A stretch of DNA of 20,000 bases from an uncultured virus (IMG/VR IMGVR_UViG_3300020469_000030) (IMGVR_UViG_3300020469_000030); one strand, 5' to 3'. Numbered from the stretch's first letter, positions 1 to 10,719 are shown. Made by a program: numbers and translations. Notes: generated by a model not told the origin, from the sequence alone.

Positions 1-692
1 GCTGGTATCTTTACCCAGGTATGTATAGAGAAATCAGAATTCCATCTATCTGTTGTACTATCTATAACTTCTAGATATGAATTAGATTCAGTCGCAAACG
101 AACTAGTTCCAGTAAATGATAGAGATCTACCATTTGATCTACGGCTAGTATCAATATATGTATTTCTTGAGAATATTCTTGTAAGACGTGAGTTAGCTTG
201 CTCTATTTGCTCACCATCATCATTTATTATTGTTCCTAAAGCATTATTAACATTAGAATCAAAATTAATATGTAATAAAGAATCTTTAGGTGCAGGGGGC
301 CAGTTACTAGCATTACTATAATTAGCTGTACAATATAAGTTACCGTATTCATCATCCTTATATGTTTTGCTAGCACCTTGAATTGTGAGAGAACCAGGCT
401 TTACTTTATCTCCAAATATATTAGCAGGTATTGACCAAATCTCTACATCACCTTTAAGACATCTATATTGTTCAGCTAAGAATTGGTTGTCACCTGATAT
501 ATGTGAATTTTTTGGATCTGCATAATAAACATGCTTAATTGAATCAAAAGCAGAAGTACCATAAGAACCAGAGTACACTACAACACTGTAGTCAGGAGCT
601 GTTTCATCTGTTATAGTCCACGACTTGTGTGCGGTGTACTTTTTTACAGTTGATTGCTTCGAATCAATATTCTTAAAAGTAAACCTAGACAT
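1..692 (-). CDS. Virion structural protein entering a LamG/concanavalin A-like domain (partial, runs off the window start)
   Basis: Not in the ORF track; translated by hand from ATG at 692 (MSRFTFKNIDSKQSTVKKYTAHKSW...SLSFTGTSS...DFSIHTWVKIP). AGGAG lies upstream, overlapping the preceding stop. DFSIHTWVK resembles the LamG FTISxWVK strand. Confidence 0.75.
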   Translation of the reverse strand, partial: MSRFTFKNIDSKQSTVKKYTAHKSWTITDETAPDYSVVVYSGSYGTSAFDSIKHVYYADPKNSHISGDNQFLAEQYRCLKGDVEIWSIPANIFGDKVKPGSLTIQGASKTYKDDEYGNLYCTANYSNASNWPPAPKDSLLHINFDSNVNNALGTIINDDGEQIEQANSRLTRIFSRNTYIDTSRRSNGRSLSFTGTSSFATESNSYLEVIDSTTDRWNSDFSIHTWVKIP

Positions 693-700
693 TTACACTC

Positions 701-1882
701 CTAATAATCTAATTTAACACGTATAGTAGCTTCTCTTTCATAATTCTTTAATAATGGTTTACTTAATTTAGCAACAGCACATAATTCATTTTGCTGATTG
801 TATAGTCCTACAGTTGTTATATAAACGTTAGGATCTCCTACCATAGATGTGTGTCTTAATAGACCAGATGAACCTGTAACTCTAAAAGTTGGATTTGTTG
901 AAAAATTATTACGTCCATTCTTTGCTCTAACAAAGAAGTGTGTAGAGGATATATCTTCTTCGGCGCGAGCAGTAAAATTAGCACCATCTTTAATTGCTGT
1001 AAAAGAAGCACTTAAATGGTTATCATTAGTATTTTCAGAGCGATTAGGTTTAAAACCACTACCGTGTACACCATATCCTCCAAGTATTTTATCACCGTGG
1101 AGTGCTAATATACCAAGTTCAGGATAAACCTTACCTAAGTATACTCTAGCAGATGCAGAAACAAATGGTGTAGTTCCAGAACCACTTACAATATCGTAAT
1201 AAATATGTCCATTCTCTGTACCAGCAGGTGTGTCGTTACTATTATCAATTAAGTGAAATTTTAATCCGCCTGACTTACCAAGATCTAACTGCCAATTACC
1301 AGCATTAAATTTTTGTTTGAATCGCGATCTATTTAATGTAATAAATAACATTCGTTCTGATGATGAACCATCTCCAAAAGTAAATTTAGATGATGGTGAT
1401 GGGTCATCTAATAATAAGTTTCTAAATTGACTATAAACAGCACGTGATGGAGACATACCTGCAGTAGCCCCGGTTTCTCTCACAGAACTTGAACCTTCCA
1501 TATCACCAAAAGCTATATTGAATTGAACTTCTGTTGTATCATCAGATAGTGCTTTGTGATATACATCCCAGTAATATTTAGCTTTTGCAGCAGTACCTGC
1601 ACCGTGTGAACCAGAATAAAAGTCATTAATCTGACCATCATTACCAGTAAACAGCCCAGTTGTTACGCCACGAGCAACATTTCCAGCTACAACATCTTCT
1701 GTAAGATCAAAGTTTTCAAAAACTTGAGTTACTTGACTTGGAGGAGGTCCAGTTTGTGTAACCTGTTGTTGATATGCCATCGGCTCATCCATGGTTGTTT
1801 GTCTTGCTGCATCATTTTGCCTTTGTGCACCGCCGCCGCCACCGCTGGTTTGTCGTACTGCATTATTATTTCTAATAGCCAT
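701..1882 (-). CDS. Putative baseplate/tail structural protein (393 aa)
   Basis: AGGAG RBS. C-terminal YITTVGLYNQQNELCAVAKLSKPLLK resembles the end of tail-collar/baseplate proteins. Lies in the baseplate module. Confidence 0.65.
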   Translation of the reverse strand: MAIRNNNAVRQTSGGGGGAQRQNDAARQTTMDEPMAYQQQVTQTGPPPSQVTQVFENFDLTEDVVAGNVARGVTTGLFTGNDGQINDFYSGSHGAGTAAKAKYYWDVYHKALSDDTTEVQFNIAFGDMEGSSSVRETGATAGMSPSRAVYSQFRNLLLDDPSPSSKFTFGDGSSSERMLFITLNRSRFKQKFNAGNWQLDLGKSGGLKFHLIDNSNDTPAGTENGHIYYDIVSGSGTTPFVSASARVYLGKVYPELGILALHGDKILGGYGVHGSGFKPNRSENTNDNHLSASFTAIKDGANFTARAEEDISSTHFFVRAKNGRNNFSTNPTFRVTGSSGLLRHTSMVGDPNVYITTVGLYNQQNELCAVAKLSKPLLKNYEREATIRVKLDY

Positions 1883-1891
1883 TTATATCTC

Positions 1892-2542
1892 CTATTGTAT
1901 TATTTGTCCTGAGCTTAATACTGTATCAGCGTTAACCGTAATCGGTATAGATATAGTACCACCTGTTTCATTACCTGTAATAGTTAATGTTGTCGTTGTC
2001 GTGGTAGTAATAGCTCGTGATGTTACAAATATTGATAATGCTGCAATTGTATGAGATGATGCATTACCATCAGGTGTATGAGTTGTGTTAGTAATATTAC
2101 TATTAGCAGGTAATGCATTAGCACCAATAGAAACTATATCTGCATTCCCTACTGTAAATGTGTAACCTAATTGTTGATTACCATTTGATATATTAGAGGT
2201 TTGAGGAGATATTATAGTTGATGCACCAGGTAGTGATAATACTACACTACTTTCTGCTACTGTAACAACAGGTAACACTTGCGTATTTTTTGGTAGTGTT
2301 ATTAATTTGTATTTCAAAGTTTGAGGGTCATTTGTAAAACCTTCTAGCATAGGTAAATTTTCTATAGCTTCTCCATAATAATTTGAACCATTATCATGAC
2401 CGGGGTCCCATAAATTATAATCAATTTCATCATCACCCAATGCAAATTTAGTTATTTGTAAATTACCAGTAGCTAATAACTCTCTACCTCTTTTTGTAAG
2501 TACGGCATCAACCGTTACTGAACTGTTATCTAAATATCCCAT
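1892..2542 (-). CDS. Putative baseplate/tail structural protein (216 aa)
   Basis: GGAG RBS. N-terminal DAVLTKRGRELLA...ITKFALGD resembles tail-collar fibre N-termini; the C-terminal half is Thr-rich and beta-like. Confidence 0.65.
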   Translation of the reverse strand: MGYLDNSSVTVDAVLTKRGRELLATGNLQITKFALGDDEIDYNLWDPGHDNGSNYYGEAIENLPMLEGFTNDPQTLKYKLITLPKNTQVLPVVTVAESSVVLSLPGASTIISPQTSNISNGNQQLGYTFTVGNADIVSIGANALPANSNITNTTHTPDGNASSHTIAALSIFVTSRAITTTTTTTLTITGNETGGTISIPITVNADTVLSSGQIIQ

Positions 2543-2569
2543 GTATTACTCCATTTTTATTGTATATAT

Positions 2570-2578
2570 TATAAATAT
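2570..2578 (-). promoter_or_regulatory. Putative late promoter ATATTTATA
   Basis: Intergenic copy of the recurrent motif, 27 nt upstream of ATG 2542. Confidence 0.55.
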
Positions 2579-2591
2579 ACATATTTTCAAT

Positions 2592-5500
2592 TTAACGTAT
2601 TATTATATCCGTATTTGGTGCAATAACATTACTACCCTGTATAGGTGTTGTTTCTGTTGTTACCAAAATATTAGGATTAGTTAATATATATTCAACAGCT
2701 GGTCCACCATCTATTGTCCCTGGTGATGGTTCATTAAAGTCAGGTGATGTTATTTGACATCCGTCGTAAATTAAATTACTAAACGCTGTTGAATCATCAT
2801 ATAAAGGTTGAACACCATCAAATCTAGCCATTTCTAACACACCAGCTTCTGTATAACCTCCATAGGTATATTCCATACCATGCACAAATCTATTATATGA
2901 TGGATTACCAGGTCTAGCACCTACATTTAATGTACTACTTAAAGAAGATATCATTGTATTAGTTAATGAAGGAGTTACGCTTATACTACTTGTATAATGC
3001 ATATTCTCAAAACTCAATGATGCTTTACTACCTACCTTTACACGTTCCAGAATACTTGGTCTAATAATTAAACCAACAGTTGCATCAGCACGTGCAGGTA
3101 ACATATCTTCAATTTGTTTGAATACACCTGTATTAAAGAACGATAGCAGTCTAATGAATGCCCAAATATTGTACTTATCATCGAACTTTTTAAAATATAA
3201 ATTACGTATATTAGTTAAAGATTTATATGAATTAGAATATTGATCTCTAGGATCACCTATATAATCATCTAAACGTAAGCCACCAAATTGCATTGCAATA
3301 TCAATATCAATTTGATCTTGAGGAGATAAAGCTATAGATACTTCATCATTATCTATTGCATTTGCATTGTAAGACGAGGTCTCATAACTAATATCATGAC
3401 TTAAAGTATTTCCTGTTAGTGAGTTATCTTCTATCCTAATTTTTTTATCGTGAGGTCTAGATCCAACAGGATTAGGAACATTTACGTAATAAACTTCAGA
3501 TTTACCTTGATAGTTATTAATATCAGGCCATGATACATAAGATGGTGTTAATGTTTGAGCTCCTATGAATGGTGTGTTATTATTTATATTAGGTGCTCTA
3601 TTCGGCGTTGTTGTTGTTGATGAGTGATTAAAAGAAATACCATCTGTACCTAATGGTATTCTCATTAGTAAATCATTGTAAGCCATCTCTGTTGAATCAC
3701 CGAGAATAGATGTCGGTGCTAATGTATGTTGATAAAATGCATTATCACCTATATGTTCTGCCCACATTCTAATTTCTTGCATAGAACCACTAAAAGCAAA
3801 AATACCGCTGCCATTTGAATACACACCGCCCCATTTTACTGTTCCAGCTGTCCTCCATGCACTGTTTACATTAGCATTGGAAGCACCAGATTTAGAACCA
3901 CTAAACGTAAGAACGTCAGAGTGATCAGCAATTTTAGCGTAGCGTAATTTAAAATTATTTGTTGAACCTACAGCATGAGAATCTGGATGTTCTGTTGCAC
4001 CAAAAGATACATTCCACCAATCATTATCATAAAATGGTAAATATTCTGATGTTAGTTCAACTTCATTACTACTATCATATGTAACTTTAAATACTAATCT
4101 ACCATAGTTATAGTATAATGAATCAGCAGCTGCAGAACTAGAATGTTCTAATGTTAACTGCCAGTTAGGGTTACCATCTGAATTATTAGTCATAGACGAT
4201 GCAAGATGCATTTTCTTTTTATGGCTAATATCGAAACGCATCTCATACATTGACGGATATCGATTAGCGGAACCTGTTGATGTTAAACTTAATGTTGATT
4301 TATCATAATCAATCGATCTATGTTCTGTTTTAATATATGCTGAACCAGAAAAGTCTAATGCATAGTTAAATTTTTCTATCTCTCGACGTATATCTAATTG
4401 TTCTTCTAGTACAGGTCCACCAAATTCTTGTACTTGAAGAATAGTAGAAGGTATACCATAGGTACTTAATAGTGCTTTAATACCTCGTGTTGTTCCTTTA
4501 GTTTTAAGGAAGTAAGGAATATTATTTAATATACGCTTCCACACCTGTTTTTCAATGTCACCATGCGAATAAGATTGCTCAACAACAAAGCTGTTACCTG
4601 AATTATATTGACCTTGTTCATTAGTACCGAGAGCATATTCCCACAATTTACTGCTATCAAATCCAGGTTGTAGATTCCACCCAAAGCTGCTAGCAACCTC
4701 ATATACTAAATCTTTACTTAATCCCTCAAATACAGATTCTCCTACACCCGTTTTTGTAGTCATATTATCAATATAGCTATATAGCAAATCAAAGTGCTGT
4801 CCTATCATATCTACAAACATTACATAACTATTACTATTTTCGTCCTCTAATATATGTAGAGGGATTGAATTACGTAACATGTTAATGTTAGTTTCGTCAT
4901 AAAGGGATGCAGATGCTAGTTGACTGCTATACCAAGATACAGCTGAAGAGCCAGTAGAATGTTCTAATGTATATGGCTTTTTATTATTAGTCTTAGGCCA
5001 TGTTGCGGAAGGAAAATACCCATATGTTGTATCTTCTGTAGAGTGAGAGTTGAAGTATAAGTATTGTTCATAGTTATCGAACCCAGATATAATATTTTCT
5101 TTCTTTGTATCATAGGTCGCTTTATTAGCAGAAAATTCTGCAGATGCTGTTGCAGTGGAAAATTGTTTACCAATCCATTGAGATGATACAAAATTAGATT
5201 GCGATGTATAATATTCTATTAACTCTACCTTATATTTAAAGTTTTTTAATCTTTCAGCAGCAGAAGAAAAGTGAACAAAATTTTCATATTTTCTATAATC
5301 TATATTTAATTCAGCATCTCTAGAACCTGATAGTATATTATTAACTACATTTTGAGAGGTTTGTAAATCACTCCCTAGTAGACTATTCCATGTTTCTTGA
5401 ACAGTACTTTTTGCAGGCTTATTTTTTACATCTACAGCTTTAAAATTAGGACCACGAAGTTCATTAAACTGTGTTGTAATTATAGATTCTAAATCAACAG

Positions 5501-6242
5501 TAACAGGAATAACATACGGAGTAATTATTTCTCTAATAGCATGTAATCTTGAGCCTGTCCTTAATACAGAAGAAAGTGGTTCTATACTTCTAAATATAGT
5601 TTGAAAAGATGTATTTCCATTATTATCTTCATATTCAATACTAGTCCAGTTTGTTGATGTAATAGATTTATTATTACCAATGTCTTTTAAAATAATAGGA
5701 TAAACGGTATTAGGTTGATCACCTTGATTACTTAATTCTGATATTGCTTGAAAAGATGTATCATACTTAGGTAGTGAAGCTTTAGTGCGGATTTCAAATC
5801 TTGTATCAGATATCTCTTCTATTTGCAACTTACCTAAGTCAAGTTGATCAGCATTTGAGTATATTAAATTTTCATATACACAAATTTTGATATCATAAAT
5901 ACCATTACTCAACCCTAGACGTTGTGTAATAACTTCTAGAAGATTTACATTAATATTTGAGCTGTTTAAAGTAAAAGCACTGTCAGTAATCGGTAAGCTT
6001 GTGTAAGCTATTCTTTCATTGTTTGAATAAGCTTCAACAAGTACATATACGTCAGGTGATGAGGTATCAATATCGTTATTCATAATTGAAAACTCAACTG
6101 TTTCTCTTATCTCATTTGGCAAGCTCACAACATTATTATTTAAATCACTAGCCATAGCAGGTCCTGTTACGGTAGTTTCTCTAATATCTCCTATTCCGCC
6201 TGTACTTAATAGGCTCGAATTTATATATCCATTATCGCTCAT
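2592..6242 (-). CDS. Large baseplate wedge-like protein with internal LamG-like domain (1216 aa)
   Basis: KTKGTTRGIKALLSTYGIP matches the KGT motif of P2 gpI-type baseplate proteins. FSGSMQEIRMW is LamG-like. Lies downstream of the gp25/gp6 genes. Confidence 0.7.
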   Translation of the reverse strand: MSDNGYINSSLLSTGGIGDIRETTVTGPAMASDLNNNVVSLPNEIRETVEFSIMNNDIDTSSPDVYVLVEAYSNNERIAYTSLPITDSAFTLNSSNINVNLLEVITQRLGLSNGIYDIKICVYENLIYSNADQLDLGKLQIEEISDTRFEIRTKASLPKYDTSFQAISELSNQGDQPNTVYPIILKDIGNNKSITSTNWTSIEYEDNNGNTSFQTIFRSIEPLSSVLRTGSRLHAIREIITPYVIPVTVDLESIITTQFNELRGPNFKAVDVKNKPAKSTVQETWNSLLGSDLQTSQNVVNNILSGSRDAELNIDYRKYENFVHFSSAAERLKNFKYKVELIEYYTSQSNFVSSQWIGKQFSTATASAEFSANKATYDTKKENIISGFDNYEQYLYFNSHSTEDTTYGYFPSATWPKTNNKKPYTLEHSTGSSAVSWYSSQLASASLYDETNINMLRNSIPLHILEDENSNSYVMFVDMIGQHFDLLYSYIDNMTTKTGVGESVFEGLSKDLVYEVASSFGWNLQPGFDSSKLWEYALGTNEQGQYNSGNSFVVEQSYSHGDIEKQVWKRILNNIPYFLKTKGTTRGIKALLSTYGIPSTILQVQEFGGPVLEEQLDIRREIEKFNYALDFSGSAYIKTEHRSIDYDKSTLSLTSTGSANRYPSMYEMRFDISHKKKMHLASSMTNNSDGNPNWQLTLEHSSSAAADSLYYNYGRLVFKVTYDSSNEVELTSEYLPFYDNDWWNVSFGATEHPDSHAVGSTNNFKLRYAKIADHSDVLTFSGSKSGASNANVNSAWRTAGTVKWGGVYSNGSGIFAFSGSMQEIRMWAEHIGDNAFYQHTLAPTSILGDSTEMAYNDLLMRIPLGTDGISFNHSSTTTTPNRAPNINNNTPFIGAQTLTPSYVSWPDINNYQGKSEVYYVNVPNPVGSRPHDKKIRIEDNSLTGNTLSHDISYETSSYNANAIDNDEVSIALSPQDQIDIDIAMQFGGLRLDDYIGDPRDQYSNSYKSLTNIRNLYFKKFDDKYNIWAFIRLLSFFNTGVFKQIEDMLPARADATVGLIIRPSILERVKVGSKASLSFENMHYTSSISVTPSLTNTMISSLSSTLNVGARPGNPSYNRFVHGMEYTYGGYTEAGVLEMARFDGVQPLYDDSTAFSNLIYDGCQITSPDFNEPSPGTIDGGPAVEYILTNPNILVTTETTPIQGSNVIAPNTDIIIR

Positions 6243-7326
6243 GATCTGTCTTACCTACATTAATTACACCTAAATTTATATCGTCTGTTATCGAAGAATC
6301 TGGATCTATGTTAGTTTCATATTTTTTATAGAATTTTCTTCTATACTTACCCCATGATCTGTAATCGAACTCGCATGTTATTTCTATAGTGAGAGGTCCA
6401 GGAGGGTATAATATGTATAGTCCGCTATCACCAATATTTGACTCTAAATCATAAGCAGATAAATCTCTACCTTCATTTGGATACGGATTTTTACTTGCAT
6501 CATATAATTGAACAACATTACCGTCTACCCTAATAGGATTTTTCCAGTCTTTAAATTTACCCTTCTTATTCTCACCATTATATGTATTATTGTAATGTAC
6601 TTCGAATTTTATCCATCTAGGTGTATATCTAGGATCATCACCAAATACAGCCTTTTTTAGTACTGGATCATAAGTGTAAAATCCTTCATATTCAGAACTA
6701 AACCCTTGAACTTCATTATCCTCCTCTGAATTGGCAATTTCATAATATGTTGTCATAGTCTTTACACCTGCATCATTATGTAGTTCAACTGTTAGTGCTT
6801 TTCTACCTTGCGTAGGTTCTACATTATACATCTGCAAATAAATACCATTACTTACTTCTTCACCATCTATTTTCCATACTATTTTATCTACTAACACATC
6901 TAACCCTGTTACAGCGTCTACATAACTAACAGGATTATGGACATAAAAAAGAGGTCCATCACCAGTATAAAATCTATAAACAGGATTTAAAGCATATCTA
7001 GCAGGATATTCATGAGCATATCTTGGTACCCAATCTCCACCAACATCAATTTCAGGATCTGTAGAGCCTCCAAATTCAATAATTTTACTCCAGTTAGCAA
7101 CACGTACTTGACCATCGATAGGAGGTTTGTTAGGCTGAACAGGTGGGGTAGGTATCAATTCATAAATAGTATCATCGATTGTTTCATACAATTCACTTTG
7201 TTCTATAAGTAGATTCTGACTCGGTCTAGATACTACATTTTTTGAACCGGAAGCATCAGATATAACTATCCTGTTGTTAACAATCGTAACATCACCCCAG
7301 TTATTATTTTGTTGTTCATTAGCCAT
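6232..7326 (-). CDS. Putative virion protein with possible Ig-like domain (364 aa)
   Basis: Overlaps both neighbours, suggesting translational coupling. IVWKIDGEEV...LTVELHNDAG is an Ig/PKD-like pattern after a Pro-rich linker. Confidence 0.5.
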   Translation of the reverse strand: MANEQQNNNWGDVTIVNNRIVISDASGSKNVVSRPSQNLLIEQSELYETIDDTIYELIPTPPVQPNKPPIDGQVRVANWSKIIEFGGSTDPEIDVGGDWVPRYAHEYPARYALNPVYRFYTGDGPLFYVHNPVSYVDAVTGLDVLVDKIVWKIDGEEVSNGIYLQMYNVEPTQGRKALTVELHNDAGVKTMTTYYEIANSEEDNEVQGFSSEYEGFYTYDPVLKKAVFGDDPRYTPRWIKFEVHYNNTYNGENKKGKFKDWKNPIRVDGNVVQLYDASKNPYPNEGRDLSAYDLESNIGDSGLYILYPPGPLTIEITCEFDYRSWGKYRRKFYKKYETNIDPDSSITDDINLGVINVGKTDHER

Positions 7327-8426
7327 TATCTTATCACTTTAAACATTTGAGTAGGTGAATAATACTCTATACTACCAGAGTACATTCTATCAACAATTTT
7401 AAAGTTGACACCATAATATCGTTCAGGTACGAAGCTTGACATCCATATATTAAAATAATTACCTTTATTATCACAGCTAACTTTTGTGAAATTATTATTA
7501 TAGTCTATAACTACCTCACCTGTTTCTCCGTCTATTATAGAATAGTAAGAGGTTTGTGGAACATAGGATTTAGTATATCCAACACTTGATGTAGCATATG
7601 TTTGTTGCGGGTAAAGTAATCTTGCTGTAAAATTTAATCTTACTTTTGAACCTTTCTTATATTCTTCTTGTAAATTATCTAAAGTAACATTAAGTTGTTC
7701 AGTTTCTGATATAGCTGTTAACCCTAATGTAGTATATACTGAATCATCCCACATTGAGTATAAACGTGGTTGATATATTGTATGTGTTTCAGCAGAGAAG
7801 AATTTTAATGAACCATATCTTTTATCATCTTGTTCTTGTGTATTAGAGCGTTGAAGTAATATACCATGCTTGGTATCTGCAGGATCATCGAAAGAATTAG
7901 ATACTATATTAGTAATATCCATATAAATGTCTGTTGATTCATTAACAAATGATTGTGAACATTCGAATCCAGAGTATGTAGCTCCACCTTGTGTGTTCCA
8001 TAAAGTACCAGGTGTTATGCCATCTCGATAATTCCAACTACAACCTTCTTCACTTATTGGTGTATATGTTGTTTTACCAATACCACTAGCCCAAGATTCT
8101 GAAATTGGATTAGCTTTAATTTCATAATTATAAGGTACATGGTCAATGGAAGAATTATATATCTTTAATATATGTTTCGCAGGTATGTTGTTGGTACCTA
8201 CAGAACCAGCTGTTCCTTCAGAACCAGAAGGAATTAAACCTGATGCGACAGATTTAGATACTTCACTTAAATCAAAGTCAATTAAAATCCTTGTATTAGT
8301 GATACCAGGTTGTAGTGATGATGAAACTATTTTTGTTAATTCCAGTATTTCATCAACACCAGTATTTAAGGTTTTATTACCTTCATATATTGTAGCGTCT
8401 TTATTTGCGAATGTTGTATATATCAT
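7326..8426 (-). CDS. Virion protein with DNRLRE-like beta-sandwich domain (366 aa)
   Basis: DATIYEG..NTG.DEILE...RILIDFDLS and LKFFSAET..YQPRL motifs are typical of DNRLRE-like domains. Confidence 0.6.
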   Translation of the reverse strand: MIYTTFANKDATIYEGNKTLNTGVDEILELTKIVSSSLQPGITNTRILIDFDLSEVSKSVASGLIPSGSEGTAGSVGTNNIPAKHILKIYNSSIDHVPYNYEIKANPISESWASGIGKTTYTPISEEGCSWNYRDGITPGTLWNTQGGATYSGFECSQSFVNESTDIYMDITNIVSNSFDDPADTKHGILLQRSNTQEQDDKRYGSLKFFSAETHTIYQPRLYSMWDDSVYTTLGLTAISETEQLNVTLDNLQEEYKKGSKVRLNFTARLLYPQQTYATSSVGYTKSYVPQTSYYSIIDGETGEVVIDYNNNFTKVSCDNKGNYFNIWMSSFVPERYYGVNFKIVDRMYSGSIEYYSPTQMFKVIR

Positions 8427-8434
8427 AATTAACC

Positions 8435-10306
8435 TTAATATGTTACTACTTTACCACGTATATCATTATTAGGATATTTTATCTCAAATATTGAAGGATC
8501 AAGAGATGGGTATATAACTCCTTTATGAGTTGCAGCATTAAACGAGTAAACGTTACCTGAGTAACCGGCATCTTGATCATAATAATTTATTAAACTAACA
8601 TCTGTAACAGATTGCACACCATCTACATTAGCAAGTAGTAAGTATATATCTTTCATAATTATTGGTGTTGTAAAAGACATTTTATCTATAGCATACTCTC
8701 GCTTTAACACTTCAATGCATTTCAATAATACCTCTCTTGTGTTGTAACTTCGTAAAACAGTTATCTCAAAATCAATACCAAAGTTAATTATATAACCATC
8801 CTTTATATTTATAGCATCTGTTAACATTCTATATTGAGATAAATAAGTTTTTAAATTTTGCTTTGTTATGTTGTTTACATTAACAAGATGTTTACTGTCA
8901 TTATACCCTAATACATATAAATTAATACCTAAAGGGTTATCTATAACTTGACCTGTACCACTTAATTGCTCATCTGATGCTACGTAAGCTTTTGTTACAC
9001 CACCAAATCTGCTAGGTAGAGATAGCGCTCTCACAACATAATCTTCTTTAGTAACTACACGATTCTGGGTACCGAAATACGCTAATGCATTATTTTTTAT
9101 TGACTCAAGTGGTTCAGATGTAGTTGCACCTGTAGCTGGTTTAGGATTAATAACTTCTAAACTATTTTCTGCAGCTGTCTTTAAACCTCCAGATAATACT
9201 TTTGACGAATCAAAAGTTACATTTTTACTCTTTATACCTGTTAATGTCCCTGCTGGAACATTACCTTCTAATCCATACCCAACAATATATGTAACTGTTA
9301 ATGTTGTGTTTGATGGTGATTGGCCATATGTATCAGTATATAAAAAGTTAGCAGGATCAAACGCTGTATCTAGTTGATTTGTACTACCTGGTATTGGTGA
9401 ACCAACATTCGTAGGGTTAGGTATCAACTCTTCATCTGGGTTAGAAGATATACCGGCACCAAATTGAATTTCAATTTTATCATTCTCAGTTATTCTTGTA
9501 ACAAATCGTCTAGCTGTTTTTATTAATTTTAAAATATAAGGCGTTTTATTAGTATCAGAAGTAAGAGATGGATCATTTGCATCTGAATTAACAGTATCAG
9601 CAAATATTGTATCTTGAGCAAGAAAAGGAACTTCTCTCCAAGTATTACCATCACTATCAACTATTGTTTCAATACCTATAATATTAGTATCATCAATTAA
9701 TAACTTTAAATACGGTGTTGAATCTCCAACAGAAATAGTTTTTGTTTTTCTTTTACCGCTTTTTGCAGGTACAGATTTTTTTAATAAATATTGCTCTGGT
9801 TGACCATTTGTAGAATTTATCTGATAAACAGATACATCAGTTGGTGATTCTGAGCTTGAGAAAGCAAAATTAACTTCTCGTGTTGTGCTAAACTCTACAT
9901 TACTTACACTAGTTAAAACAGCGTCACGCTCAAGCGTAAACGCATAATCGTAATCAGGTCTTGAATTTGCACCTGTACCAGTACTTGGAATTAGTTGAAA
10001 AACATCCACTAATACATCAGCGGAAGATGCTATTTTAGGTTTATAACCAAAAGTTTGAGCTATATTATAAATATTTTTTTTCTCTTGAGCATGCTGTAAC
10101 ATTGTCTCTTTCATATTATAATCTGTATAATATGATAGTACATCACCTATATAAGAAGCGAGTTCTATGAACATCATACCAGGTGATGCTTCATTAAAAT
10201 CATTATATATTTTTGGAAAATAGTTCTTACTATACTCAACTAAATTAGATCTAAATTCAGAAAAATCCTTATTTAAATATTTTATTTCTTTCTTAATAAT
10301 TGACAT
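8435..10306 (-). CDS. Baseplate wedge subunit (T4 gp6/baseplate J-like, 623 aa)
   Basis: YLNKDFSEFRSNL...DFNEASPGMMFIELASYIGDVLSYY, IQFGAG and QNRVVTKEDY are hallmark motifs. Directly follows the gp25-like gene. Confidence 0.9.
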   Translation of the reverse strand: MSIIKKEIKYLNKDFSEFRSNLVEYSKNYFPKIYNDFNEASPGMMFIELASYIGDVLSYYTDYNMKETMLQHAQEKKNIYNIAQTFGYKPKIASSADVLVDVFQLIPSTGTGANSRPDYDYAFTLERDAVLTSVSNVEFSTTREVNFAFSSSESPTDVSVYQINSTNGQPEQYLLKKSVPAKSGKRKTKTISVGDSTPYLKLLIDDTNIIGIETIVDSDGNTWREVPFLAQDTIFADTVNSDANDPSLTSDTNKTPYILKLIKTARRFVTRITENDKIEIQFGAGISSNPDEELIPNPTNVGSPIPGSTNQLDTAFDPANFLYTDTYGQSPSNTTLTVTYIVGYGLEGNVPAGTLTGIKSKNVTFDSSKVLSGGLKTAAENSLEVINPKPATGATTSEPLESIKNNALAYFGTQNRVVTKEDYVVRALSLPSRFGGVTKAYVASDEQLSGTGQVIDNPLGINLYVLGYNDSKHLVNVNNITKQNLKTYLSQYRMLTDAINIKDGYIINFGIDFEITVLRSYNTREVLLKCIEVLKREYAIDKMSFTTPIIMKDIYLLLANVDGVQSVTDVSLINYYDQDAGYSGNVYSFNAATHKGVIYPSLDPSIFEIKYPNNDIRGKVVTY

Positions 10307-10307
10307 A

Positions 10308-10712
10308 CTATACCTTAACTGTCACATCTAATACATTACTTATATCTAACTCTTTTACTTCATAACCAATCGATACAAATGCTGTATTATTATCATATTG
10401 TATATCGACGTATTTTATTTGTATAAAAGGCATCCATTCCGAAGTAGTTTTTATTACAGCTTCCTTTGCTTGAACATCAAAGTGACCATCAGTTCTAGGT
10501 TCAAAAAGCAAATCATATAACAAACTTCCAAAAGTAGGGTGCATTACACGCTCACCACGTCTCGTGAGAATTAAATTTCTAAAATTAGAGTGAATCTGAT
10601 CTTCTGTTGTATAATTTAATTTAAAACCATTATTTGCGGAATTGAAAGGTAATCCAACACCTATAGCAATATCTGCTTCAAAATCTAACGGATTTATTTT
10701 TTTATTCAACAT
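10308..10712 (-). CDS. Baseplate wedge protein, GPW/gp25 family (134 aa)
   Basis: NLILTRRGERVMHPTFGSLLYDLLFEP is the gp25-family signature. Confidence 0.92.
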   Translation of the reverse strand: MLNKKINPLDFEADIAIGVGLPFNSANNGFKLNYTTEDQIHSNFRNLILTRRGERVMHPTFGSLLYDLLFEPRTDGHFDVQAKEAVIKTTSEWMPFIQIKYVDIQYDNNTAFVSIGYEVKELDISNVLDVTVKV

Positions 10713-10719
10713 CTCTTAC

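Noticed and set aside
849..2054. Plus-strand ORFs 849-1127, 1724-1912 and 1791-2054
   Set aside because: Antisense shadows of strong minus-strand genes; the poly-P and poly-V runs mirror Gly and Thr codon runs.
4964..5191. 75-aa ORF nested in the 1216-aa gene
   Set aside because: Out-of-frame shadow with no clear RBS or recognisable motif.
7961..7972. TTCGAATCC, resembling a tRNA T-loop
   Set aside because: Lies inside a CDS with no cloverleaf around it.
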